64,000 nucleotides of DNA, from positions 9,149 to 73,148 of the forward strand of contig CALVHN010000001.1 of the NCBI GenBank assembly GCA_944327845.1. Direction: 5' to 3'. The notes under the pieces were generated by a model that was not told the DNA's origin, did no database searches, and was given only the letters and a program-made list of their open reading frames with translations. This document shows positions 20,073 through 30,428 of this stretch, in pieces. The DNA is from an uncultured Bacilli bacterium (GTDB lineage Bacteria > Bacillota_I > Bacilli_A > RFN20 > CAG-826). Positions within the stretch are counted from its first letter, which is position 1; each line of letters opens with the position of its first letter. The position numbers and the translations under genes are program-made.

Positions 20073-21896
20073 ATGAGCAAATTACAATTAGTAAATAACG
20101 ATACATATTATATTGGAGCAAGCGATAGACGATTAGCTCTTTTTGAAAACATTTATCCACTTAAAAATGGAGTTAGTTATAATTCTTATTTAATTTTAGA
20201 TAATAAAACTTGTGTTCTTGATTCAGTAGATAAATCTGTGGAAGAAACATTTTTAAATTTATTAAAGCAAGGGTTAGATGATAGAGAATTAGATTATTTA
20301 ATTATTAATCATATGGAACCTGACCATTCATATTCTTTAATGAAAGTTATTGAAAAATATCCTAATGTAACAGTAGTTACAAATGAAAAGGCTTTAAAAA
20401 TGTTTAAAAACTTTAATAATGATTTTGTTCCTAAAAATTTATTACTTGTTAAAGAAGGAGATACATTATCATTAGGCAAACATACTTTAACTTTTGTTAA
20501 TGCACCAATGGTTCATTGGCCTGAAGTAATGGTTACATATGATCTTTATACTAAAACTTTATTTTCTGCTGATGCATTTGGAACTTTTAACGCTTTAAAT
20601 GGAAATATTTTTGCTGATGAATGTGACTTTATAAATGAACATTTAGAAGAAGCAAGAAGGTATTATACAAATATTGTTGGTAAATATGGTCCTCAAGTTC
20701 AAGCTTTGCTTAAAAAAGCAAGCAATATTGATATTCAAATGATTTGTCCTTTACATGGACCAATTCGGAGACAAGATTTAACTTATTTTATCGATAAATA
20801 TGATAAATGGAGTTCATATACTCCTGAAAAGAAAGGTGTTTTAATTGTTTATGGAAGCATTTATGGAAATACAGAAAAAGTAGCCAATATTTTTGCTTCT
20901 AAATTAAGTGATTTAGGAATATCTGATATTAAAATGTATGATGCTTCTAAAACTGATAAATCATATATTTTAAGTGAAGCATTTAAATATTCGCATTTAA
21001 TTATTTTATCTTCTACATATAATATGGGTATATTTACTCCAGTTGAAGAATTTTTATTAGATTTAAAATATCATAATTTACAAAATAGAAAATATATTCT
21101 TGTTGAAAATGGCTCATGGGCACCAAATAGTGGAAAATTGATGAATGAAATCTTATCATCAATGAAAAATATGGTTCAAATTGGTAAAACTTTAACTATT
21201 AATAGTGCTTTAAAAGATTCTCAATACAATGATATAGATTTATTAGTTAATGAATTAGCTAAAGATTTTCCAAGTAAAACTGTAATTGATGATATGCTTT
21301 ATAACATTTCTTATGGATTATATGTTTTAACAACTTTTGATGGAAAGAAAAATAATGGTTGCATTTTAAATAGCGTTAATCAAGTTAGTTCTAATCCAGA
21401 TCGATTAATGATTTCTATTAATAAAAAGAACTACACTGCAAATACTTTAAAAGAAACAAAAGTATGTAACTTATGTGTTTTAAATAAACATACTCCATTT
21501 ACTTTAATAAAAAGATTTGGTTTTAGTAGTGGGAAAGATGTAGATAAGTTTGAAGATTTTAAAGATTATCAAATTGCAAAAAATAATTTAACTTACTTAA
21601 CTAAATATACAAATTGTTATATCTCTTTAAAAGTAATTGAAACAATCGATTTAGGAAGTCATTTTGGTTTTATTTTAGAAATAGAAGAAATGAAACAAAT
21701 TTCTAACGAAGACAGTTTAACTTATAAATTTTATTTAGATAATATAAAACCAAAACCTTCAAGAGAAGAAAAACATATTAAAGGGTGGAGATGTAAGATT
21801 TGTGGATATATTTATGAGGGAGAAAATATTCCTGAAGATTTTATATGTCCTTTATGTAAACATGGAGTAAAAGATTTTGAAAAAATAGGGGATTAG
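20073..21896 (+). CDS. multidomain flavodiiron protein: metallo-beta-lactamase, flavodoxin and flavin-reductase-like domains with a C-terminal rubredoxin
   Basis: Di-iron site 'HMEPDHS', flavodoxin-like 'VLIVYGSIYGNTEKVA', and terminal rubredoxin 'WRCKICGYIYEG...FICPLCKHG'. Divergently arranged with dfx. Confidence 0.75.
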   Translation: MSKLQLVNNDTYYIGASDRRLALFENIYPLKNGVSYNSYLILDNKTCVLDSVDKSVEETFLNLLKQGLDDRELDYLIINHMEPDHSYSLMKVIEKYPNVTVVTNEKALKMFKNFNNDFVPKNLLLVKEGDTLSLGKHTLTFVNAPMVHWPEVMVTYDLYTKTLFSADAFGTFNALNGNIFADECDFINEHLEEARRYYTNIVGKYGPQVQALLKKASNIDIQMICPLHGPIRRQDLTYFIDKYDKWSSYTPEKKGVLIVYGSIYGNTEKVANIFASKLSDLGISDIKMYDASKTDKSYILSEAFKYSHLIILSSTYNMGIFTPVEEFLLDLKYHNLQNRKYILVENGSWAPNSGKLMNEILSSMKNMVQIGKTLTINSALKDSQYNDIDLLVNELAKDFPSKTVIDDMLYNISYGLYVLTTFDGKKNNGCILNSVNQVSSNPDRLMISINKKNYTANTLKETKVCNLCVLNKHTPFTLIKRFGFSSGKDVDKFEDFKDYQIAKNNLTYLTKYTNCYISLKVIETIDLGSHFGFILEIEEMKQISNEDSLTYKFYLDNIKPKPSREEKHIKGWRCKICGYIYEGENIPEDFICPLCKHGVKDFEKIGD

Positions 21897-21903
21897 CAAG
21901 GTT

Positions 21904-22242
21904 ATGGAAAAAATTAGCTTTAATGAATATCAAAAAGAAGCCTATAAATTAATTTCTGAAGAAGGCAAAAAAGACATGGTAACTAATGGTGTTTTAGGGT
22001 TAGCTGGAGAAAGCGGAGAATGCTGTGATATCGTTAAAAAATATAAGTATCAAGGACATGAATTAGATAAAGATCATTTAAAAGATGAACTTGGTGATGT
22101 TTTATGGTATATTGCTGAAACAGCAAGTGGATTAAATATCACCTTAGAAGAAATTGCTTTATATAATTTAAATAAATTACATAAAAGATATCACGGAGAT
22201 AAGTTTTCAAAGGAAGATTCAATTAACCGCAAAGAAGATTAG
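21904..22242 (+). CDS. MazG-like nucleoside triphosphate pyrophosphohydrolase
   Basis: 112 aa all-alpha NTP-PPase signature 'LAGESGEC...KDELGDVLWYI'. Confidence 0.6.
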   Translation: MEKISFNEYQKEAYKLISEEGKKDMVTNGVLGLAGESGECCDIVKKYKYQGHELDKDHLKDELGDVLWYIAETASGLNITLEEIALYNLNKLHKRYHGDKFSKEDSINRKED

Positions 22243-22261
22243 ATAATTTTTATTATTTGTT

Positions 22262-23731
22262 ATGAAATATATTTTATCTATTGATCAAGGAACTACATCA
22301 TCAAGAGCCATATTGTTTGATAATGAAAGCAATGTAATTTTTAAAGCGCAAATGGAAGTAAAATGTTATTTTCCTAATGATGGATGGGTTGAACAAAATC
22401 CAAATGATATTTATATTTCAGTGTTAAATGTAATTAATGAATGTTTAGTTAATGCAAATATTACTTATTCAGATATAGATTCAATTGGCATTACTAATCA
22501 AAGAGAAACAACAATTATTTGGAACAAAAAAACTGGTGTTCCTATTTATAATGCAATTGTTTGGCAATCTCGCCAATCTCTTGATTTATGTAATAAATGG
22601 GAAAAATATAAAGATTCAGTTCATGAAAAAACTGGATTATTAATTAATCCTTATTTTAGTGCGTCAAAAATTCGATTTATTCTTGATAATGTTAAAGATG
22701 CACAAAAAATGGCTGAAAATGGTGAATTATGTTTTGGAACTGTTGATACTTGGTTAATGTATAAATTATCAGAAGGTAAAATTTTTAAAACTGATGTGAC
22801 CAACGCTTCAAGAACAATGTTATTTAACATTAAAACTTTAACTTGGGATGAAGAGTTATTAGAATTTTTTAATATTCCAAAAGGTATCTTACCTACTGTT
22901 CATCCTTCATCTTACTATTTTGGGAATGCAACTATATTAAATAAAGATTTAAAAATAATGGCTGTTGCTGGAGATCAACAAGCTTCTTTATTTGGACAAA
23001 ATTGCTTTAGTATCGGAGAAAGTAAAAATACGTATGGCACAGGTTGCTTCATGTTAATGAATATTGGGAAAGAAATCAAATATTCAAAAAATGGACTATT
23101 AACAACAATTGCACGGCAAATAAATGATGAAGTTTATTATGCTTTAGAAGGCAGTGTTTTTATTGGTGGAGCAGCAGTTCAATGGTTAAGAGATGAATTA
23201 AATATAATAAATAATGCTAAAGAAAGTGAAGAACATGCTTATCAATCAAAAGAAGATAATGTTTATTTTGTTCCTGCTTTTGTTGGACTTGGAGCACCTT
23301 ATTGGGATAATGAATGTCGTGGATCTTTTTTTGGATTAACTCGTTCAACAAACAAAAATGATATTATTCGTGCAGTTTTAAATTCGATTGATTTACAAGT
23401 AAAAGATATTATAAAAACTATGGAAAAAGATACTTCTTTAAAACTTAAAATTTTAAAAGTTGATGGAGGTGCAACTGATAATAATTACTTAATGCAATAT
23501 CAAGCAGACATTTTAAATGTTAAATTGATGTTACCAAATTGTTTAGAAACAACTGCATTAGGTGTAGCTTATTTATCAGGACTAGCAAGTGGTTATTATA
23601 AAAGCATTGAAGAAATTAAAAATATCCATAAATATAAAAAAGTTTTTTATCCTAATATGAATGCTCAAAAAAGAAAAGAAATTGATCAGAAATGGAAAAA
23701 AGCTATTAAAATAACAAGGGAATTTAAATAA
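22262..23731 (+). CDS. glpK: glycerol kinase
   Basis: FGGY kinase N-terminus 'ILSIDQGTTSSRAILFD' and 'GTVDTWL'. Confidence 0.9.
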   Translation: MKYILSIDQGTTSSRAILFDNESNVIFKAQMEVKCYFPNDGWVEQNPNDIYISVLNVINECLVNANITYSDIDSIGITNQRETTIIWNKKTGVPIYNAIVWQSRQSLDLCNKWEKYKDSVHEKTGLLINPYFSASKIRFILDNVKDAQKMAENGELCFGTVDTWLMYKLSEGKIFKTDVTNASRTMLFNIKTLTWDEELLEFFNIPKGILPTVHPSSYYFGNATILNKDLKIMAVAGDQQASLFGQNCFSIGESKNTYGTGCFMLMNIGKEIKYSKNGLLTTIARQINDEVYYALEGSVFIGGAAVQWLRDELNIINNAKESEEHAYQSKEDNVYFVPAFVGLGAPYWDNECRGSFFGLTRSTNKNDIIRAVLNSIDLQVKDIIKTMEKDTSLKLKILKVDGGATDNNYLMQYQADILNVKLMLPNCLETTALGVAYLSGLASGYYKSIEEIKNIHKYKKVFYPNMNAQKRKEIDQKWKKAIKITREFK

Positions 23732-23733
23732 CT

Positions 23734-26139
23734 ATGTTAGAGTTAAGCAATTATGATTTTATTGTTGGACCATATAATATAAAAAGGTACTTTTTGAATA
23801 AAAAGTCTTCTAATTATACATATAATTTTAAATTTTTAACAAAAGAAGAGTTAGAAGGATTACTTTTTGGGAAGGTAGAAAAAGAAGCAATTTTATATTT
23901 AATTAAAAAATATAATTATACTTTTTTAGTTGCTTCAAAAATTATTTCTTATATTAATAAAGGTGGAGAAATCGAATTAAGAGAAGAACTTATAAAAAAT
24001 AATTTAATTAAAATTGATAAATACAATAAAAAATTATTTTTAAATAAAAAAATCTTGTTTGTTAGTTATGGTAAGAATAATGAAGAAATTAAACACATTA
24101 TCCAAGAATTAAATTTTAATAATTCACCTTTAGTTAAATATCAAGATTTTAACGAAATAATTGAACATGATAATTCTTTAAAGAGTGAAGAAAATAACAA
24201 AAAAACATATAAGTTTAATAATATTGAAGAAGAAGTTAAATATTTATTAGATGATTTATCTTTTGAATTAGATAAAAATAAAGATAAAAATAAAAATGAA
24301 GATAAAGATAATAAAAATTATATAGAGCCAAAAAATGCTAAAATATTTTGCTTAGATATCGAAAAATATAAGTATTATCTAATAAATTTAGGAAATTTAG
24401 CTGGATTAAAATTTAATTTCCCAAACTCAAAAACATTATTTGACACCGAATTATCTAAAGTATTATTTAAAAAACTAAGTAATGATGAACAATTCAATTT
24501 AAAAGATTATTTAGAATCTAATTGTATTTATTTATCTCAAGTTTATCCAAATTATGAAGAAATAAAAAAGGTAATATTTGAATATGATATCGATAATTTA
24601 AATAATAAAATTTTAAATTTTAAAGAGGTTTTGCAAGGTTTTTCATTAAATAATATAAGATTTTTAGAAGGAATTGATGTTATAAATTCTTGTGAATTTG
24701 ATGAAAATTGTATTTATTATTTTTTAGGATTAAATGATAATGGGTTCCCTAATATTTCAGTTAATAATGATTTTTATGATGATGAATATAAAGAAAAAAT
24801 AAAGATTGAAACTTCACTAAATAAAAATACTGTAAGTAGAGATTTAGCATTAGCATTTTTAAAATTTAATCAATTAAAAATGAGTTTATTTCATAGTATA
24901 GATATTTCTGGAAAATATGAATTTAATTTCTTGGCTGAAAATTTAGGATATAAACCAATTGAACCTGAAATAGCAAAAACAAAAATTGAATATTCGCCAA
25001 GTTTAACTTCTATCTATTATCAAAATTTTGAATATATTTACCAACATTATCATCAAAAGAATAAACTATATTTAGCTTATAAAAAGAATGAAGCTTTAAA
25101 ATTAGAAAAAATATATTCTTCTGAATTTAAGAAGATGACTAATTTTAATCTTGATCCAAATTTTATTTATAGTTTTTCAAATATGTCTTCTTACTATTCA
25201 TGTCCTTTTTATTTTTATTGTGCTTATATTTTAAAATTAGGAGAGTTTGAAGAAAACTTTAGTTTAAAGTATGGTACAATGGCACATAGTATTTTTGAAA
25301 AAGTTTATCAAGATACACCTTTTGATGAACTTGCAGAAGAATATTTAATATTGAATGATAATTTATTTTCAAAAAAAGAAAAACTATTTATTAAAAGTTT
25401 ATTACCTAGGTTAAAAATATTATTTGACGAAGTACGTAGTAGAAAAAACATAGAAAAATTTGATAAAAAACCATTATCTGAATATAAAATTACTATTAAT
25501 TTACCTGATAATCATAAATTTGAAGGGACTATTGATAGTATTGTTTTTCTTCAATCAATTAATACAAATAATAAATTTTTATATTTAGTTGATTATAAAA
25601 CTGGAAATGTAAATTTTGAGCCTAAATATATAAAAGAAGGATACAAAAATTCAATTCAACTACCTGCCTATCTATATTTAATTAGAAATTATCAAAAATT
25701 TAATGAATATACTCCTATTGGTTTATACATTCAACCATTATTGATTAAGCAAAAAGATTTAAAAGAAGAACTTGATTTATCTTTAAAGGGAATAACCTTA
25801 TATAATGAAGATGCAATAAAATCAATCGATAATACATTAAATGATCCTTCGCAAGCTACTACCTCAAGAATTTTAGAATATGATGAAAAAAGTAAAGATC
25901 TTTATTATTTTCAATATAAAAATTTATTTACCGAAGATGGTTTAAATAATATTTATAATGATTTTGAACAATTATTAAATGATTTTAGCAACAATTTAAA
26001 ACAAGGTAACTTTAAGATAATGGTATTAAAAGGACCAAAAAGTACTGATTCTATTCAATGTGAATATTGTAATTTTTATGATATTTGTTATTTAAAAAAT
26101 CAAAGAGTTAAACAACTTTCTAGTGGAGATAAAAAATGA
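23734..26139 (+). CDS. addB: AddB/RexB-like helicase-nuclease subunit (compact, 801 aa)
   Basis: C-terminal RecB-family nuclease motif 'LVDYKTG' and a Cys cluster ('CPFYFYC', 'CEYCNFYDIC') consistent with the AddB Fe-S domain. Its start overlaps the glpK stop and it immediately precedes the AddA-like gene. Confidence 0.55.
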   Translation: MLELSNYDFIVGPYNIKRYFLNKKSSNYTYNFKFLTKEELEGLLFGKVEKEAILYLIKKYNYTFLVASKIISYINKGGEIELREELIKNNLIKIDKYNKKLFLNKKILFVSYGKNNEEIKHIIQELNFNNSPLVKYQDFNEIIEHDNSLKSEENNKKTYKFNNIEEEVKYLLDDLSFELDKNKDKNKNEDKDNKNYIEPKNAKIFCLDIEKYKYYLINLGNLAGLKFNFPNSKTLFDTELSKVLFKKLSNDEQFNLKDYLESNCIYLSQVYPNYEEIKKVIFEYDIDNLNNKILNFKEVLQGFSLNNIRFLEGIDVINSCEFDENCIYYFLGLNDNGFPNISVNNDFYDDEYKEKIKIETSLNKNTVSRDLALAFLKFNQLKMSLFHSIDISGKYEFNFLAENLGYKPIEPEIAKTKIEYSPSLTSIYYQNFEYIYQHYHQKNKLYLAYKKNEALKLEKIYSSEFKKMTNFNLDPNFIYSFSNMSSYYSCPFYFYCAYILKLGEFEENFSLKYGTMAHSIFEKVYQDTPFDELAEEYLILNDNLFSKKEKLFIKSLLPRLKILFDEVRSRKNIEKFDKKPLSEYKITINLPDNHKFEGTIDSIVFLQSINTNNKFLYLVDYKTGNVNFEPKYIKEGYKNSIQLPAYLYLIRNYQKFNEYTPIGLYIQPLLIKQKDLKEELDLSLKGITLYNEDAIKSIDNTLNDPSQATTSRILEYDEKSKDLYYFQYKNLFTEDGLNNIYNDFEQLLNDFSNNLKQGNFKIMVLKGPKSTDSIQCEYCNFYDICYLKNQRVKQLSSGDKK

Positions 26140-29100
26140 AGGATCTGAAAAAATATTTAAAAGATAAAAAACTAACAGGCAAACAAATTGATGCTGTTAC
26201 TGCTCCAATTGGACAAAACACTTTAATTAGTGCTGGTGCAGGAAGTGGTAAAACCAAGGTTTTATCTATTAGAGTCCCTCATTTACTTGAAGATGAAAAC
26301 GTAGATATATCTCAACTTTTGATTTTAACTTTTACAAAAGATGCAGCTGCTGAAATGAAACGTAGAATTAAAGATGAGATAATTAAAGAACATAAAAATA
26401 TTATAGATATTTTACCTTTAGTTGATTCATCTCATATTGAGACTTATGATGCTTTTAGACTCTTTATTGTCAAAAAATATTCACATTTAGTAGGGATTAG
26501 CAAGGATATTGAAATAATTGATAAGGATGTTCTTGATTGTAAATATTACGAAATTATTAATGAAGTGTTAAATGAAGAATATGAAAAATGCGAAGGAAAA
26601 GATGATGAACCTTTATTTTTTATAGTAAAAAATTATTTAGATAAAGATGATAACAATCTTGTTGGTTTTTTATTAAAAATATGTAAAGAAATATATTATG
26701 AAGATGAAGATAAAATTATTGATGGATATCAAAAGAAATTTTTAACTGATGAATTTTTTGATAATTTTACTTTAGATTTATTTAATAAGATAAAAAAGCT
26801 TCAAAAAGAAGCAAAAAAATTATCTTTATCTGGAGATCAAAAAATTGAAAATTATTATAATTTTTATTTTTCTCCAATTGAAATGGCTAAATCTTTGGAT
26901 GAAATACTTGAACTTGGTGAATTATTTAAGGAAACTAAAACAGTTACGTGCAAAGATGAAGGCTTAAAAGAAATATATCAATCAATTAAAAAGATAAAAA
27001 GTCAATTACAAATAGATTACATTAATAAAATTAACTTAGATAAACTAAAAGAAATTGATATTCCAAATCATAAAAAAATAATTCCGTATCTTTTAAATTT
27101 AGCAATCAAAATTAATCAAAAAATAAAAACTTTTAAGAAAAATAATGGTTCATTTACTTTTGATGATGTATCTTATTTTGCATATAAAATTTTAAAGGAA
27201 CACGATGATATAAGAGAAAATATTAAAAATAATTTTAAAGAAATAATAATCGATGAATATCAAGATACCTCAGATAAAGATGAAGAATTCATTAATTTAA
27301 TTGAAAATCATAATGTTTTTGCAGTTGGTGATATTAAACAATCAATTTATTTATTTAGAGGAGCTAACCCTGAAAACTTTAAAAGAAAATCTGATTTATA
27401 TTCAAAAGATCCTTCTAAAGGTCAATTAATTCGAATGAACGATAATTTTAGAAGTAGAAAAGAAATTATTAAGGGAATAAACGACTTATTTGGTAAAGAA
27501 ATGACACTTGAAGTTGGTGGAGTCAATTATTTAAATCAAGAAGAATTAAATCCAGGAAATGGAACATATGACACATTAAAACCTGAAAATCAAGAGTTTG
27601 GTTTTTTAAAATTAAAATTTAATGAATCTTTAAATGCAGAAAATTCTTATTATCGAGAAGCAGAATTAGTTGCTAAAGATATTTTAAATAGAATAAATAA
27701 TAAAGAAAAAGTAGTTCAAAGTAATAATAAGGGCGAATCTTATTTAAGAGATTTAAAATTTAGTGATTTTGCAATCTTATGCTCTACTAAACAAAAGACA
27801 GATTATTTTGAAGAAATTTTTGGAAAATATGGAATCCCACTTAATATATATTCTGATGAAGAATTAATGGAAAATAATGTCATATTAACTCTTATTTCTA
27901 TTTTAAAATTTGTTAATTTTTATAATTTAGGTTATGAGGAAAACCTTAATTTATTAAAGAAATGTTTTATTTCTATTGTTAGAAGTTTTCTATTTGAATA
28001 TAGTGATGAAAAAATTTATGAGTTAATTAAAGATAATCAATATTTAAATGATGATACATATAATAAGTTAATTCAATTTTCTCAAAAACATATGAATATA
28101 TCAATAAATGAGTTATTTAATGATATATTAAAAGAGTTTGATTTTGTTAAAAACCTTGCTAAATTTCCAAATCCTTTTAAAGAATTAAATACTTTATCTT
28201 TATTAAATAATAAATCAAAACAAATGGATAAATTAAGTTTTAATATTGAAGAATTTGTGAGTTACTTAGAAAATATTAATAAATTTGAAATAAAGATTGA
28301 TGTTTCTAAACAAGCAGAAAGCGATAATGCTGTTACTTTATGTTCAATTCATAAATCGAAAGGCCTTCAATATAAAATTGTTTATTTTCCTCAACTAAAA
28401 GGAAAAGGAAAAAATGAAACTGATACTTTTGTTGGAAATTTAAAAACTGGATTTTATCTTCCATTTAAATCAAATAAAACTGGGGAGATTTCTTATATTT
28501 ATAAATTTTATGATGATTCAAAAGAAAAGTTAAACTCTGAAGATTTAAGAAAATTATATGTTGCATTAACAAGAGCTGAAGAAGTTGGAATTTTTGTTAT
28601 TTCTCCTGAAACTAAGGGTGGAACTTATAATACAGGTTTAGCTAGATTTTTAAATAATTTTATTTTCACTACCCCAGATTCAAAATATTTTGATCAAGAT
28701 GTCGTATATAACGAAAATTCTGATGATGCAAAAAGCGATGAATCAAAAATTCCTGATATCACTATTGGAAAACCAATTAATTTAGGCGATGAAATCGATG
28801 ATTCAAGAAAAAGAGCATCAAAAGCTTTAAATGAAGATAGTAATGAAGATATTTTAACTTATGGAACACATATGCACTTATTGATGGAATTAATTGATTT
28901 TAAAAATATTGATTTATCTTTTATTGAAGATTCAAAAGAAAGAGAAATTGTTGAAAAATTATTTAAATTAGATATTTTTTCTAATTTAAATAAAGCAATA
29001 AATATTTATAAAGAATATCAATTTTATGATTCTAAAAATAATATAAATGGTGTTATTGATTTAATGATTGAATATCAAGATAGGATTGATTTAATCGATT

Positions 29101-29243
29101 ATAAGTTAAAAGATATTGAAGATAAGGAATATATAACTCAATTAAAAATATATAAAGAATATATTAAAGAAAGAACGAAGAAAAATGTTTCTTGCTATTT
29201 GCTTTCTTTATTAGATAATAATTATAAGAAACTTGATGTATGA
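26136..29243 (+). CDS. addA: AddA/RexA-like UvrD-family helicase-nuclease subunit
   Basis: Walker A 'SAGAGSGKTKVLS', helicase motif II 'IIIDEYQDTS', and C-terminal nuclease motif 'IDLIDYKLKD'. Overlaps addB by 4 nt (ATGA). Confidence 0.7.
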   Translation: MKDLKKYLKDKKLTGKQIDAVTAPIGQNTLISAGAGSGKTKVLSIRVPHLLEDENVDISQLLILTFTKDAAAEMKRRIKDEIIKEHKNIIDILPLVDSSHIETYDAFRLFIVKKYSHLVGISKDIEIIDKDVLDCKYYEIINEVLNEEYEKCEGKDDEPLFFIVKNYLDKDDNNLVGFLLKICKEIYYEDEDKIIDGYQKKFLTDEFFDNFTLDLFNKIKKLQKEAKKLSLSGDQKIENYYNFYFSPIEMAKSLDEILELGELFKETKTVTCKDEGLKEIYQSIKKIKSQLQIDYINKINLDKLKEIDIPNHKKIIPYLLNLAIKINQKIKTFKKNNGSFTFDDVSYFAYKILKEHDDIRENIKNNFKEIIIDEYQDTSDKDEEFINLIENHNVFAVGDIKQSIYLFRGANPENFKRKSDLYSKDPSKGQLIRMNDNFRSRKEIIKGINDLFGKEMTLEVGGVNYLNQEELNPGNGTYDTLKPENQEFGFLKLKFNESLNAENSYYREAELVAKDILNRINNKEKVVQSNNKGESYLRDLKFSDFAILCSTKQKTDYFEEIFGKYGIPLNIYSDEELMENNVILTLISILKFVNFYNLGYEENLNLLKKCFISIVRSFLFEYSDEKIYELIKDNQYLNDDTYNKLIQFSQKHMNISINELFNDILKEFDFVKNLAKFPNPFKELNTLSLLNNKSKQMDKLSFNIEEFVSYLENINKFEIKIDVSKQAESDNAVTLCSIHKSKGLQYKIVYFPQLKGKGKNETDTFVGNLKTGFYLPFKSNKTGEISYIYKFYDDSKEKLNSEDLRKLYVALTRAEEVGIFVISPETKGGTYNTGLARFLNNFIFTTPDSKYFDQDVVYNENSDDAKSDESKIPDITIGKPINLGDEIDDSRKRASKALNEDSNEDILTYGTHMHLLMELIDFKNIDLSFIEDSKEREIVEKLFKLDIFSNLNKAINIYKEYQFYDSKNNINGVIDLMIEYQDRIDLIDYKLKDIEDKEYITQLKIYKEYIKERTKKNVSCYLLSLLDNNYKKLDV

Positions 29244-30355
29244 AATTAGAAGTATTAAATAAAGAAAGATTTTTTAAAGTATGTGAAACTTTAAAAGTTC
29301 CACCAATTGTTAATTTAGAATATATTTATGAACTTTATGAAACAGTAATGGCTGCATTAGATCAAGTATTTTTTCAATCTGATTTTGCTAAATTTACCCC
29401 AATAAATAATGTCATTGTTATCCTTTATTTAATTAATGAATACTTATATACAATTAAGAATAAAACAGGTGAAGAAATAAATAATTTATTAGATGATGAT
29501 AATGTTTTTAATCAAATTGCTAGTTTATGTGCGGATAAATATTTAACCAATGAACAATTAAACTATCGATCTCAAGCTTTTTTATCTCGATTTAATCCTC
29601 AAATTTCAACACTTGAATTGTATTTGAATTTTTGTTTAAGAACACTTGAATCATTTAAACCAAGTAATAAAGGCGAAGAACTTATTTTTGATATGTTAAC
29701 TAATGCCTTTAAATTATCTAAATGTATTATTACTTTACTTTTAAATGGATTTGAAACTGAAGCATTTTCTACCTGGAGAACTTTACATGAAAATGAATCT
29801 ATATTAATTGTTAATTTAAAATATGGAAATGAAGTTTTAAAAGAATATATTAAACATATTACTTATGCTTTAGCGTATCGTGGCCAAATTAAATCAAAAG
29901 AAGAAACAGATTTAATTTTTCAAGATATTAAAAAAGAAATGAAAGAACATGACTTAAAAAGTAAGGACATGAAAAAATTTATTGAATATGGATATTTATT
30001 TAAAATACCAAATATTGAATTAAATAAAGACTTTAAATTAAATTTTAGAGATGGAGTTCAAAAATTAGCGAATTTATCGATGTATTCTAAAATTTATGAA
30101 ACTGCAAGTGAAATTGCTCATTCTTCCCCTTTATTATTATTTTCAAGAAGAGATTATTTTTTTAATTTAACTATTATTAATTTATATGAAACTTTCTTTA
30201 GATTAGAAATTATTTTTGAACAAGTTTATCGTAACAAAAAACAAGATAATAATTATTTAGCGATTAGGAAAATTTATTTAACTCAATTAAAAAATATAAA
30301 AGAAGAACTAAATAATAACTTCCTTAAATTCTTAAAACCAAGAAAAAAAGAGTAG
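29240..30355 (+). CDS. hypothetical protein co-transcribed with addAB (371 aa)
   Basis: Its start overlaps the addA stop by 4 nt. No recognisable motifs. Confidence 0.4.
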   Translation: MKLEVLNKERFFKVCETLKVPPIVNLEYIYELYETVMAALDQVFFQSDFAKFTPINNVIVILYLINEYLYTIKNKTGEEINNLLDDDNVFNQIASLCADKYLTNEQLNYRSQAFLSRFNPQISTLELYLNFCLRTLESFKPSNKGEELIFDMLTNAFKLSKCIITLLLNGFETEAFSTWRTLHENESILIVNLKYGNEVLKEYIKHITYALAYRGQIKSKEETDLIFQDIKKEMKEHDLKSKDMKKFIEYGYLFKIPNIELNKDFKLNFRDGVQKLANLSMYSKIYETASEIAHSSPLLLFSRRDYFFNLTIINLYETFFRLEIIFEQVYRNKKQDNNYLAIRKIYLTQLKNIKEELNNNFLKFLKPRKKE

Positions 30356-30379
30356 TTCTGCAAGGCTTTTATAAAAAAA

Positions 30380-30406
30380 AGAAACTAATTTGCTTAGTTT
30401 CTTTTT
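30380..30406. terminator. bidirectional terminator between convergent genes
   Basis: Stem AGAAACTAA / TTAGTTTCT around a TTTGC loop, flanked by A8 upstream and T-tracts downstream. Confidence 0.55.
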
Positions 30407-30428
30407 AATAATTTAATTATTATTTTAA

